From the NCBI GenBank assembly GCA_038496445.1, contig JALMLS010000491.1, forward strand, positions 1 through 64,000: a DNA stretch of 64,000 nucleotides, written 5' to 3'. The notes under the pieces were generated by a model. The model saw only the letters and a program-made list of their open reading frames with translations, was not told where the DNA came from and made no database searches. Positions 51,716 to 64,000 of this stretch are shown here, piece by piece. Within the stretch, counting starts at the first letter, position 1, and the number at the start of each line of letters is the position of its first letter. Source of the DNA: Trichosphaerium sp. ATCC 40318. Taxonomy: Eukaryota; Protista; Tubulinea. The position numbers and the translations under genes were made by a program.

Positions 51716-53640
51716 TTAAAATATTTCCATTGTTAATAGGTTCTCTACATTTAGTGATTTGAAGACGTAGAATTGAGGAGGTTCTTAGGTTTTTTCTTGA
51801 TTTTCTGACACATTGAGTATAATCTTTGTTTACTTCTGGGCTAATCTCTTCACAATTCTTTCGTTGAGCAATTAACGCTGTTGTTGACTTTATAGTAATA
51901 AATTCAATTAGTCTACGGATGTATCATGATATGATTTACCTCTATATTCTTCGAGTCTATCGTGAACGAACCTGTGAAACATTCCGAAACATCAACAACT
52001 GCTGTATCTTTTTTAATTTGTAAAACACTTCCTACGTTGATACTTATATTTCCTTTAGAAATAATATAGTTAGCATACAATACACGCTATTTTATAGGTA
52101 CGTACCAGGTACGTATAGATTTGAATTGACAACCACTACTGGAGCGTTGCTCTCCAAGTTTTCTAAATTTTTTTTAATACTCTAAGAAAAAAGCAGGAAT
52201 CTATTTGTTACCTCTTGTTCTTGGATCATTTTCAATCTCGCAAATAACGTTTATTGCTCCGACAGTATCACAACGATAATCGGCCCACCTTTGGGCAGAA
52301 CCCCTATACTCAACTGTTAAGAGACATGCTTTGAAGAACTAACATGGCTTGAAAATGCAATAAACAAAGCACGTGTGTGACACGTGCTCGTTCTGAAAAA
52401 AGAAAAGCGAAAGAAAAAAAAACGCACAAAACAACACAGTTCTCTTTGACTGAACCTGGAAACTTCTTGTTCTGAGGTTCTCGGCTAAACCAAGGATATT
52501 TCTTTATTGTTCTACCAAACTCCCTCTTTTCTTTTGTTACAGCCTAAGTGAGTATCACGTGTTAGTAGTTAATAAATAATAAATGAAAAGGTACCCATTT
52601 AAAATCAAAGTGATTACTACTAAATCCACTAGTAAGCCCTATCCATACACCTTCTCTGTTGAACTCTTGTTTTCTTACACTATGAACAAAAGTTTGCTCA
52701 TCAGCAGTTGTAATCGTAGCGATATAACCACACTGCCCTAGAAACAATAGCCGTTAATAAAAAAATCTATACTTGTGATACAACTTACCTTGTGCTTCTA
52801 TCCATGTCAACCTTTTTTTAATACCGTTGTAACAGTGACCTTTTATAATGTAAGTCAATGAGATGACATGTTATCTAAGCCGAAGAATGCCTGAAGTCGA
52901 AAATGACAAAGGATCTGTTTTTCAGAAGTAAGTTTGCTGCTAAAAATGTACCCGCTAGTACGTGATCGCAAGGTACCTCGTCAGGTACCACAACACATTC
53001 TTTATCTACTGATATATTTGCGTTATGAATTGCTTCGCAAATAAAGCGATTTGGAGCACATCCAGGAACGAGTGCCTTTTAGAAAAAAAAAGTTACAAAA
53101 AAAAAAAAGTGAAAGATCTATTAGGTTTATTTTGTGTACACACTGTACGTACCCCTCCTTTGAAAGTAGCGCAACCACCAATACCTGATTTACTATTTAC
53201 TCCAAAATTTCCCTTGAATAGAGTTGGAGAAACGCTTGAGCCATCAGACCAATAAAATTTTGAGTTCTTTCTTGTTAACATCACTTTAATGTCCTTCGTA
53301 TTGTCTTAGGCACGTGGTAAACGTAAAAAACCCGATGGTACCTTGAATAGCGAAATAACAGAAGCTTCCATAATTGAATCAATGACCAAAGGATGTGAGC
53401 CTGGATACTATTAACAAGATACAAAAACGCGAAATGGTTTGGGTCGAAAATGAAATTGTTTTTGATTTTATTTTTTTTGTCCCTTGTGATCCCCATTCGA
53501 TGCTTACCTGCTGCGCATGAAGTATTCGTATTATTTGTAGAATCGTGTAGGTAGTAGACTTTATTCTGCCACTTACAAGACGATATTTGCGTAGCTGTAC
53601 ATGACGTTACGCACAGAATAACACAAAGCCAAAGAATCAT
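51716..53640 (-). CDS. Secreted C-type lectin domain protein, multi-exon (3' end approximate)
   Basis: Signal peptide; GHCY...LTWIEAQ...GYIATITTADEQTFV...VWIGL...EP...ENC...WADYRC...VICE; an earlier WSDGS motif suggests two CTLDs. Confidence 0.8.
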
Positions 53641-54249
53641 GGTTTCGTTGCCACAAAAGAGAAAAACAAAGTTCGATAAGTCATTTTTTTTTTGGTGTAC
53701 ACGTGATTTATTTTAGGTTATCACTCGATTTGAATAATAAAAACCATAGAATCTTCAATAAATACTCACGCGCTCAAAAATTACGCGATAAGTATCACGT
53801 GATAAATTGAGGAAAAAAAAAGAACCGGATATAGCGGTTTTGTTGGTATTTTTTTCATCCTAGTGTGGTGTCATTTACGTTCTACTACGCCACTATTTTC
53901 ACCCGGAGCTCTGACAAAGCGAATTACTTGCGCGTACACATATCAAACTAAAGAACGCTCAATGAACGCTGTCGTGCATCTTTTTAGCGTTTTTTATGTA
54001 ATATGAGCGCTAGCCAACACCTTTAATCCGTACACACTATTAATCTTGTATATTTTACCCTCTGAGGCTGAGGATGGTGACCCTAGCGTTGACAGCCTGG
54101 GTTTGATCGAATTGATCAATCAATTCTTTTACCTTCATCGAGAAGTGACTTGTATTTCTTTGATAACAAACCAACTTTTATGAATGCAGCACATGTTAGT
54201 CGTATGGACGTTCATCTGTAATGCGCATACAGCAACTGAGATTAACAGT

Positions 54250-54620
54250 ATGGAAACCAGACAGTGACTGGTACGCCATTGGTGTAATGGTATTCTTCAA
54301 TTAATTCACCATTGCCAGACCAGTTGTACTCCATGAAGTATACCATTGGCATAAATACACTCATAAGACTGCACGATCCTCCCACAACTCTTTATACTCT
54401 CCTTCTATCTCGTCATTTACATAGTTACATGTGTACCACACTTGACACCTTTGTACCAACTTGTGACATGTCCTTCTTTTTTACCACCAACACTGAGACC
54501 TAGTGTCTAGAATCTTCTATTATGATTTAGCAGCTCACGTCTTCAGGTTGCTATTCTTCAATTTGTAATACTTGGAAAGTTGCCATTAAGACTTTGGCGA
54601 TTGTTACATGTGCGTAGGTA
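54250..54620 (-). pseudogene. Degraded MORN-variant repeat gene (relative of 2269-3171)
   Basis: Broken frames KKEGHVTSWY / CNYVNDEIEGEYKELWED / YANGILHG / NGELIEEYHYTNG. Confidence 0.7.
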
Positions 54621-55220
54621 TGTGTGGTGCGATTGTTGGTCACCTGACATTGGGACATTTTGTGAAATATACAAAAGCAATCTATGTTTGTATCTTTATT
54701 GTCCGTATCATTCAAGTTTGCAAAACTTTGCTACTTTTTGCTGTTTGTGACTTTTGGTTTTCGTGTTTAGTCAGATCTGACAGATCTTGCAACTTATGTT
54801 AGTTCTTGCAAGATCTGTTAAAAACTACAAGATCTGACAGATCTTGTCAGTTCTGGAAAACTAAATCCACGTGTTTTTAACCATTATTTTATTTTGTACA
54901 TTGTTAGCAGTTCTGTTGACGTCCTATAATGTTCATCAGTTGTCTCCTATACTCTAAAATGTACTATTACGCCATACTAATACCATACACTCAACGCAAG
55001 ATACTTTGGAAGCGCTTGAAATTTTCTTAGAGATTTTAACGTTATCTCACGTTTAATAACCCCTGTAAATAAAAATACAAACTGTACTTCTATCTATGCA
55101 CAACTTCTTTGCGTACATACTTAAAGAATACAAAAGGGAGCCAGATCTTATTACAAGGGCTACAGTCAAAACGTTACAGGTCTTGATTTAAAGGTGGTAA
55201 ATGATAATTTTTTGGGATTA

Positions 55221-56398
55221 GCGAATTTTGCTAAGCAGTGCCACTTGTTGTACACACGTAAATACGCATGGGAAACATGTTGTCACTAGTTTTAGTGCGT
55301 TTGTGTTATTTTGAAAGTCAAAAAAAAATCAATACTGTTTACGGGCAAAAAAAGTCAAATTTTTGCTGCGAAGAATTTAAATCACTATTTCCTCCACCTG
55401 TTAGGCTTTGGCAGTACTGATACTGCTGTTGCATGGCGCAGGTGGAACGTTGTGTGTGCTGTGAATACGTCAGGGCTGCTAAAGGCTCTAGAGTTACAGT
55501 ACATTACAAAAATGACCAATGGCACATGGGAAGCTTTCTTTGTTTGTTAGATGTGCATAGCGAAGCGGATAAAGGATTTGCGTGTGCTCAGTGACGGAAT
55601 GAAAACGCAATTGCGGTAAAGGTATGTCTAAAACCAAAAAACGGCAGCCAAAAGCCGACAAACTCTACAGCACCTATTTTACTACTACTTCTGAGAGTTT
55701 GGCTGCCGTTTTTTGATTTTGGCTTGAGATTTCAGGCCAACACAAAATCACGTGCCTATTTTGTTTTTTACCAACTTCTGCAAAGTGTTGTTAACGCATC
55801 TATAAGGCGTGTAAGAGGAGAGGAAGGCTTATTGGACCGTTTTCAAAACTCAAATCAAAAAAATACCAAAAACAGTGCGTCAAACTACTCCAATAATCAC
55901 ACTTACACAAGGATAGGCAGTTGGATGCGTTTAACAACAAAGTGCAACAACACGTGGTAGCGTTTCTTAAAACTCAAAGTAGGTATGCAAGAAGGTGCAG
56001 AGTTACAGTATCAAGTTCGAAAAATAGAGTTGCTTGAATACGAGAGTAGTAAACAAGAAAAACTTTGAATTTTGGGAATTGGATGATGGATTTTGTTGCT
56101 AGTCAAGTTCCTGCTAATGATAAAAGAGTACGCAAGGCATTTGACTGGAGCATACTAGATGTTTTGGATGAAAATAATGTCATTGGAGATGAGACTTTTT
56201 GTCTTTAATACGGAAAAATGACAAAAAAACTTAATCAACTGATGGGGAATGGTCAATAGTTTTTAGAGCTCTCTTAAGCTACACGCATATACCTAACATA
56301 TAGTAGCTTGTATACAAAAAATAAATTCACTGTTTTACGGGTTTCTAAGTTGTTGACGATTTTTTTTCCAAATGGGTACTGCTTAGTAAAATTCGCTC
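55221..56398. mobile_element. Non-autonomous TIR DNA transposon (~1.18 kb)
   Basis: Ends gcgaattttgctaagcagtgcc and ggtactgcttagtaaaattcgc, flanked by TA. The empty site is present in the other arm near 39625. Confidence 0.8.
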
Positions 56399-56671
56399 TA
56401 CTTTAGCTGGTTAGCCAAAACGGGGTACAAACATTTCTACGGGAAAACTATTTTTTTTTTGCGGGAAAATTGTTCAAGTTGGTAACACCACCCAAAAATT
56501 ACATATTAATATAGTTAGCTTTACTCTGACTCGATTATAGGTAGATTTATCTGTTCACGTGAAATGTCACGTGAGCAGTTCACCGGGAAAAAACAACAAT
56601 CATCAAGCAAGTATAAATCTCAATCATCATAAACATCACAACCACTAGAACAACAACAACTAAAAAACCAA

Positions 56672-57632
56672 ATGTCTAAAGCACCTAAGAAGAATGACCC
56701 AAAGTCTAAACCAACAAAGAAGGACAACGGAGAGAAACCAAATCTGAAGGAATGGATAAACCCCGACAAGAAAGCACCAAGCTTGAAAGATATCCTCAAA
56801 AAAGAACCTAAAGACAAGCATCCTGCTAAATTCACACTTCCTTTGGAAGATGACAATATTAGACAATTATTGCTGGCATGTTCACAAGACGTATACGATT
56901 TCAAAGAGCAGGGCAAGTTTAAGGATCATTTGAGGAACCTAAAAAAACAGAAGGAGTATTTTACAAGTGGTAACTTTATTCAATATGGATTGTACTTGGT
57001 TCTAAAGGGCAAGTACAAGAACAAGAAGATACTTGCACTCAGAGGAACAGATTCGCTATTTGGTGAGTTTTTTTTTGATTTTTGGTTAAATAAATAATGT
57101 ACTCATGTACTTTGTAGGTGTTGTACAAGATATCTCTCTGATTTACTCAGGACCTACAATCAGCAAGGCCAAAAGATGTGCTGTAGAAATAGCAAAGAAA
57201 TCTGACGTGAACCCTGACTTTATTACAGGTACACAAAAACAACAAGAGTGAAATTGGACCCTTGTAAAAACAAAAAAAAAAACTAACTTTGGTTTTCCTT
57301 AAGGTCACTCACTTGGCGGAGCTCTTGCTGAAATGGTAGCTTCTGAAATACCACTCCCTGGCGCTTCATTTAATTCACCTGGAGTGTATTCTTGGTTCAA
57401 ACTGTTTAATCTGTGCGGTGAAAGCAAAAAGTATGCTAGCGTTTTAAGATATGAAGTGCATTTGACCAAAGGTGACCTTGTTTCCAAGTTTGCTGGTTGC
57501 CGTTCCCCTGACAATGGGCATATTGCAAAGCCAATATGGCACAAAGCTGTTGCGAAACCTGGTGGACCTAAGGAAGCAAAATGGAAGCATGCTATCAAGG
57601 GCTGTATTGCTAGAATTGGAGCACTCGAGTAA
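56672..57632 (+). CDS. Class 3 lipase, second copy
   Basis: Same exon structure and GHSLGG motif as 38401-39363. Confidence 0.9.
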
Positions 57633-59490
57633 GAATTGCAGTGCTCTTGGTATTAGAATAGATAAGAAATCGAGAAGAAATTATTTGTCAGAATAAAACA
57701 AATTACCTTTTAGATCGTAGTTTCTTTATTGTCCTCCTAAAGCTTCTAAGGAAACTATACAATTTCAATTTTTATTGTAGCGGATACAACTAAGTTAATG
57801 ACACCACCTTGTTCTATAATATGCGCTGACAACTAGGGTGTACATTCTGCGTTCTTATACAATTACTTTTACTTTTGTTCGCAAAAAACCCTAAATAGTT
57901 CACTCTTGGTTTACGTCACAACGACAATAAAGACAAAGGGCATCGTTGGGAAATTGAACTGTACCTAAAGTAGTGTAGTTAGATATCTCTCCTGTACCAG
58001 TTCAATTGTAAGTCCAGTGTTAGATGAAGTATATTGATCACAAAGTATTGATGCATCAATATTCCAAAACGAAAAAAACAGCTTCTTTATTAGGAAAGTA
58101 CACGCGTACTTTCAACATGCTTTACTCAAAGGTTACATGACACTTGTTCTCGTTGTCTCGACACCTTACTAATACAATAACATTGACGTAGATCAAATTA
58201 AACAACAGTGTGCGCTTGATTGAGCTAGCGGTGATGTTGTGGTTATCTTTTAGAACAATACTCTGAACTCCCGCTAAAGGAGTGACACCATTCTAAGTAT
58301 TATCAAGACAAGCTATAAACAGCGTGTCCCAGCAAGAAATGACATCAAGAATAATAGCATGGAAACCAGCAAGTGCTTTAACACCTTATCAGTTAATGAG
58401 ACAAATAGTACTTTCGATGTACGTAGCTTATGACAAGGATTTAGCGAAGCTGTCAGTTTCGAATAAAAATACAACTGCAGTGATTATCTTGTCTTGGAAT
58501 TGACTTAGACTATCGTTGCTACAACGAAACAAATTGCATAAACTCGACCAAAAATACCTTTGATAACACTTTTCTCCTCATTAGTATATCTTGACTTGCA
58601 AGTACACCTAATATTCACCTTTGGTGAACGCTATTTTGTACTACAATCTATTCACCACACCACAAAAGGTCACTCTTATTTTCCATTAAACTTTTATTGT
58701 ACGGATTTGACATGAAATAACGATTTTTTAAAAGACCACCCCCGAGTAGCTTTCTTTCTTTTGTACATGTTAAGTACTCTATACTTATACACTAATGTTA
58801 TCTTGCAGAGTTTCAAAAGGCTACGTAAGTAGTAACGTTCTCAAACTCTGGAATTCGAATATTGTAATAATACACGTATAAAGATTTTAATAATAAAAAT
58901 AGAACAAACAAAAGTGCTATTTTGGTGTGCAACAATGAAAATAGGATAGTATTATTCCGTTCTCAAAGCGGCAACAATATGTGCAGTAGCAATTTCTCCG
59001 TGATTGACCAAGCTGACTTCCATTTTTGCAATTTGAACCACCCTTAATTGAAGGCTTTGAACACATCTATGTGTACGCAATTGACATTTACAGCCTTTGG
59101 GGGTATAAAAAACGCCACAAACATATGTGGGGTCAAGGAAAAAGCACTAACAGAAACGACAACTGTAAAGTTGAATCTTTTTGGTATTCGTTTTATTCAA
59201 AACTGCAAATAATTCCTAATTTGAGAACGCTACTATGTAGTTAAAAATACAAACCCCAACACCCCTTGAACAATTACAATGGCCTCTAAAAATAAACTCA
59301 TTCCGAGATTTCTGCAAGAAATTTACAATTTTTGCAATTTTGAAGTTAAAAAGGTGGAGAAATGTGTAAAAAAAGCAGCTCAAAAAACCTCTCTTCTCAC
59401 CCACTTAGACCATGTTTGCTGTCAAGCCTCCACAAAAATTCTTGTATTTTCTCATCTTGCGCTAAAAATAACAAATCAGACTTTCATACA

Positions 59491-60665
59491 ATGATTAAAG
59501 CACTTGCGATTCTATTTACTCTAATTTCCTTGACGCACTCACTAAGTAAGTCAATGATGTTTTAGCTCTACCATTGTGTTAAACGAAAAAGAAAAATAAA
59601 TGTATGGAGGCTGAAAACTAAGTATGTGGTAGGTGTAGGCGATAGAGGAGCTTGTACGATAACACATCAAATGACCAATCTCTTGGCACCGTCTGCCTAG
59701 TAAACAACCCTGATTTTATTGTTAACGATACAGCAATAGAATATCGTAACGAGTTTGTCTCAACTATAGTTGTTGATATAAACACAGACTCGTTTCAATT
59801 AACCATGTCATCAATGTTTCGACAAACTACAACCGACATCTTTTTAATTGCATGTGTTATGGAGCAACCAGTTATTGTTGAAGGTACGGTGTTAAAAAAG
59901 TAGGATGAACATTAAAATAGAATTTGTGTTCTATTTTTGTGTCATAGAGGCTATATATACCATTTTTTTTCGACTTTGTTTTTGTAACTATTTGAAAACT
60001 AAAATCTGAGACTTCGCTCAAGCTAATGACGTGTGACTTAAGTTGATCGACTTAGCTTCTTTTTTTTTTTTTGATTGAAAACGTTTGCAGTCACAGTGAT
60101 AGTACTATATCTAACGCTTTAACTACAGGTATATCATTGGTTTCTTCTAATTTCACCAATAATCCCGTAAATCCTTCCTTCAATCAAACAACATTCAGGT
60201 GTGTAATTATCAAATTGAGGCTGTTGGTTTAACTTTTTTAATAGTTTCGTTATACCCATTACAGACTTTCCTCCAGGTTTGTATGAACTGGAATATAGCA
60301 TAGCTTCATCAAGAGCGCCAACGACACTACCACCTACAACATTACCTCCTACAACACTACCACCTACAACACTACCTCCTACAACACTACCTCCTACTCT
60401 AGCTCCTACAACTCTAACTCCTACTCTAGCTCTACCTCCTACAACAGCGCCTCCAACAACTCTGCCGCCAACAACACTACCGCCAAATATGCCACCGTCA
60501 AACGTATTTCAATCAACTCCAACTCCCACAACACAAGAACCAACTGCCGTTCCAACACAATCTCCTGTAACTCAGCTGTGTTCTTCTTCAGAACAATTGA
60601 AGTCTATCAATCTCGTGTTTTACGTTTCTTTTGTAGCACTGTTAAGTATATTATTGTTGAATTGA
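59491..60665 (+). CDS. Secreted LPPTT-repeat mucin-like surface glycoprotein, probably GPI-anchored
   Basis: Signal peptide MIKALAILFTLISLTHS, N-glycosylation sites, (LPPTT)n and a hydrophobic C-terminus. Confidence 0.85.
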
Positions 60666-60853
60666 ATAAAAATTATTGAGAAAATACATCTCTGTCACAT
60701 TCCTATTAAATATCTAGATAATATGTTAAAAAATGGCGCGTGGTCGAGCAAGTGTGCTCAACTAAACAGTTTGTAATATACGCTATGTGCGAAAACTGTG
60801 TTTTATTGAGACTGTTAAAATCAGGTATGTCATTGCACTAGATGCATCTTGCT

Positions 60854-62491
60854 TTATGGTAAACTTGTTTTAGAGTAAACTTCCACTAAGACATCTCTTA
60901 GTGATTGAATACATTCATCCGTAACATACCTACAATAAAAAGAGAAATAGTATGAACACATGTTTGAGCGCTTTAACACCTTCATCTGTGAACGAAGTTT
61001 CGCCTTCATCTTTTGTTCAAAGAATTGAGTTGATTACAGCTGTTGTGAAGTTTACTCTATATGTTTAATTTTACTGTACATGTACACTTGAAGATGCAGC
61101 ATCCCTTCTTACAACATTGAGTTCAATAAAGTATGCATACTGTGATAGAATAATAAAAATTCTTCTATACCAAACAAATTGAGATTTATGTTTTGTCATC
61201 GCTCTCCAGCTACGCCATGGCGTCTTACTTGCCAAAACAAGGTGTGAATTTAATCTATAATAATATGTTAATAATGTTTTATACAAAATATACATCATAT
61301 GGTTGGTACCTATGAGATGGCTTGAAGTCAAGTAAAAGTCTTAACCAAGATGTAAATTTCATGAAAAAAGATTGTGTTTTTAAAGTGTAGTAACTAATCT
61401 TGTTGTATAAATGTTCTTGTGAATGACATATAACCCCATTATATGTATCAATATGATTTGGATGACCTGAAACACCTATAAATAGCGTAAATTGACAGAA
61501 CTCTCAGAGAACTTCAAAATTCAGTTAAAATAAAATATGTATTTTTGTTACAAACCTCCTTTATCAAACGTCACAATAACTGTGCATTTTAGTTCTTTGG
61601 CTATGTCTTCTATACGCTTAGATATTTCAAAAGCGTCCCATTTCTTATCGAAACCATCTGGAAAGTTACCAAGACGTACTCTAAGAGGTACGTCAAACAA
61701 CAACGGAACAAGATAAATATCACTAAAAAACGGCAAAAAAAAAACCACAAAAGAACAGCCAAGAAATCAACAACATCTCTATGTGTGGCCATTAAATGAC
61801 GCTATAAACATTCAAAATATACTAGAGATAATCTCTAGACTTCCAAAGCTTCGTCTCAAAGGCTGTAAACTGCTTTTTTGATGAAAAGGCAAAAAAAAAT
61901 GTTCAGAGTTTAAACTTTTGTTTCACGTTACCTGTCTGGAGTTATTCCCCATGTTGTCGCTGCGTTATATAATTCTACGTTTCTTCCTGGTTCTAATCCA
62001 ACACTCAGACACAATATAACTGTTATTTAAAGTCAGTAATCCGAAGAAGAAAAAAAACCACGTTGTGCGCGTTTTACGATGTCAAAAACCGACGTTACGT
62101 ACAAACGCGAGACCCATAGAGCTCTAGAAGGGGAGAAAAGAACATTGACTCGTCATCAGGATGAGCCTAAAAGTCTGTTTAAATAATAATCATGACATTT
62201 GTCTTGTTTAGAGTATTGGAGCAGTGTAGAGTGAAAACAAAAGAAATGAGTGACGTTTAATCTGTTTGATGTAAAAAGCGTACGGTTACTAGCAGTATAG
62301 TATCTCCACGCATTAAAAAGGTGTTTGACGCAGTATTATGCTTTGCAAGGCGTAACAATCTGAAATGGTACTACAAATAGGTGTGAATACGCGGGTACGC
62401 CGCTAGCGCGTTGGTAGCGTACACCAAACCATCCAAAAGCCAAACAAATACAAATTGCAATTATCTCGCTAAGAAGTAATACTGATAACAT
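60854..62491 (-). CDS. PIGL: GlcNAc-PI de-N-acetylase (PIG-L/GPI12; 3' end approximate)
   Basis: N-terminal TM, AHPDDESMFF, FPDG..W, TFDKGGVSGHPNH and HKSQFVWYR. Confidence 0.93.
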
Positions 62492-62613
62492 TATGGTCCT
62501 CAGAGCGGCGCCAGCCGAAAAATTGCCGATAAGCGCCTGTTTATGTAGTACTGGAACAACGCATTAATCTGAAGCCATCCAAGGGCTGTAAGGTGGCCGT
62601 AGTCGTAAAACGA

Positions 62614-62645
62614 GTTTGTTTGTTTGTTTGTTTGTTTGTTTGTTT
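62614..62645. repeat. (GTTT)n microsatellite forming the retroelement tail
   Basis: About 8 tandem GTTT units. Confidence 0.95.
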
Positions 62646-63636
62646 ATTGTTTTTTGTCTGGGGTTGACTTTCAGGGCGCAGATAAGGCCGCTATAGAAAA
62701 GACGCCACACCACCCGACATGGCTACTAGAGCCTATAATGTAAAAAAATAAAATAAGAATTAAAATAATGGAGGAAAAGTTACAGAAAACCCCCCTTGCA
62801 GGAAAAGCCCCCTGGCATAAAAACCTGCGACCCCGTCTACATAGTCTGTTCCGCTCCCTTATCTACCAATACCCTTTCATCCCGACTCACTCGTCCAAGC
62901 GTTCACTCCTCTTTCTCTTGACCTTCTTCCATCTACCTTTACCAACTGTTCTACCTCGCTCACTCCTTATTTTTGCCTCCGTTTTACATCTCGCTTTGTA
63001 TTTTCGATACAATAGCGTAATGTATGCCACGTTGATCATACTTGTGGCCATCTCCGCTTTAGCCTTGGACAATCCAAGTATGCCTTTCACCTTCTCACAC
63101 ATTCCTTTAATCACCCACCCCATGGACGTGCGATACGAGAAATTATCCTTACTATCCGGTTTCACACCCCATATCTCCGCCAATTCCGTGGCTCTTTGTA
63201 TGTTTGACATTCTGCCATGTAGTAATACCTCTTGTCTTACACGCCATTCTCTAATCTTCTCCTCACTCATCCCCAGCAAGGCCACTTCACGCATTTCATT
63301 TGTGACCCTCCAAGTTTTGACCATATCCGGTAGCACAAATGTGTTACCTGCCGTCACTCCCACTATAATTGACCTGTTAGCATCCGATTCATCCCACGAT
63401 AACTTAGGATGCGGCCATTGAGTCACATGTTGAAGTATGCGGGAGACCTGCGTTACAAAGTGAAACTCAAAATCAAAGTCACAATTGACACAGCTAGCAA
63501 AATGGTGAAAATTTTCCGTAGCTTCAACGCCAACTGCCAAGCAAGCTCCACAAAGTGCATGCGGGTAGTAAAACGAGTTGAAAAGGTAGTTAAGCCAATA
63601 TGATGAAAAGCGGTCAATCCTCCGCTTTATCCGCAA
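62614..63636 (-). mobile_element. 5'-truncated non-LTR retrotransposon (ORF2 C-terminus, 3' UTR and (CAAA)n tail)
   Basis: Intronless, GC-richer, start-less 249-codon frame with CGAC...ENFHHFASC zinc motif; simple-repeat tail at its 3' end. Confidence 0.75.
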
Positions 63637-63657
63637 TCAAATACACCTTGCTACGCT

Positions 63658-63912
63658 ATGGAGAATCAAACTAACACTACAAACATAGCGAAAGACACCA
63701 CAGTCGTAGCTCCCGCTAAACCAAAGCTTAAGATTTGCTGTGCATGCCCAGAGGTACTTTAAAAGCGATTTGTATGCAAAGTCGCGATTCTTACGAGTAT
63801 TCAGACAAAAAAAATACGAGATAACTGTATCGTTATGAACGGCGAGGAACAGTGCGGTGATCTCATCGAGAACCATAAACAATGCCTAAGAGACGCTGGT
63901 TTCATAGTGTGA
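63658..63912 (+). CDS. COX17: Cytochrome c oxidase copper chaperone COX17 (2 exons)
   Basis: KPKLKICCACPE/TKKIRDNCIVMNGEEQCGDLIENHKQCLRDAGFIV*. Confidence 0.97.
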
Positions 63913-64000
63913 GTTTACAACTTTCATAACAACGCAAAAAATGCACTTGACGCTCTCTATACACCCGTAACGTATTAAACAGGCGTTTAAAAACAATTTT

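Larger units (their letters stand above)
54770..57866. repeat. Right arm of second inverted duplication, interrupted by a TIR element
   Basis: Matches 38175-40060 on both sides of the 55221-56398 insertion. Confidence 0.92.

Noticed and set aside
57900-58700. Possible degraded gene
   Set aside because: Protein-like patches but stops in every frame examined and no assignable family.
62492-62613. GC-rich stretch beside the LINE tail, considered as an snRNA, 5S or SL RNA target
   Set aside because: No convincing RNA motifs; it is explained as the PIG-L 5' UTR/promoter once the PIG-L start at 62491 is found.
62768-63421. 217-aa plus-strand ORF
   Set aside because: Antisense to the retroelement ORF, with no recognisable motifs.

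Overview
AT-rich eukaryotic nuclear DNA with many short GT-AG introns and the standard genetic code. The gene content suggests a free-living amoeboid protist (inference). Recognisable genes: a Chk2-like FHA kinase, SERF, mitochondrial gamma-carbonic anhydrase, a LETM1-like protein, a GNAT, a DsbA/FrnE-like protein, an SDR, a classical PTP, BCS1, two class-3 lipases, a C-type lectin, PTT-repeat mucins, PIG-L and COX17. Two large inverted duplications organise the window: 1-4786 with 7167-11941, and 38175-40060 with 54770-57866. Mobile DNA includes a TIR element, a 5'-truncated LINE and several pseudogene fragments. The most unusual signal is three catalytically degenerate GTPases from three families within about 16 kb: an F-box-Rab fusion, an eEF1A-like pseudo-GTPase and a G-alpha-BTB fusion. 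Two are fused to cullin-ligase adaptor domains, and intronless F-box-like MORN genes lie nearby; together these may form a decoy or bait system (hypothesis). A tandem-repeat protein with a C-terminal PD-(D/E)xK/RAP-like domain is also notable. All gene models were spliced by eye, so boundaries are approximate. Single-base homopolymer frameshifts may be sequencing errors.
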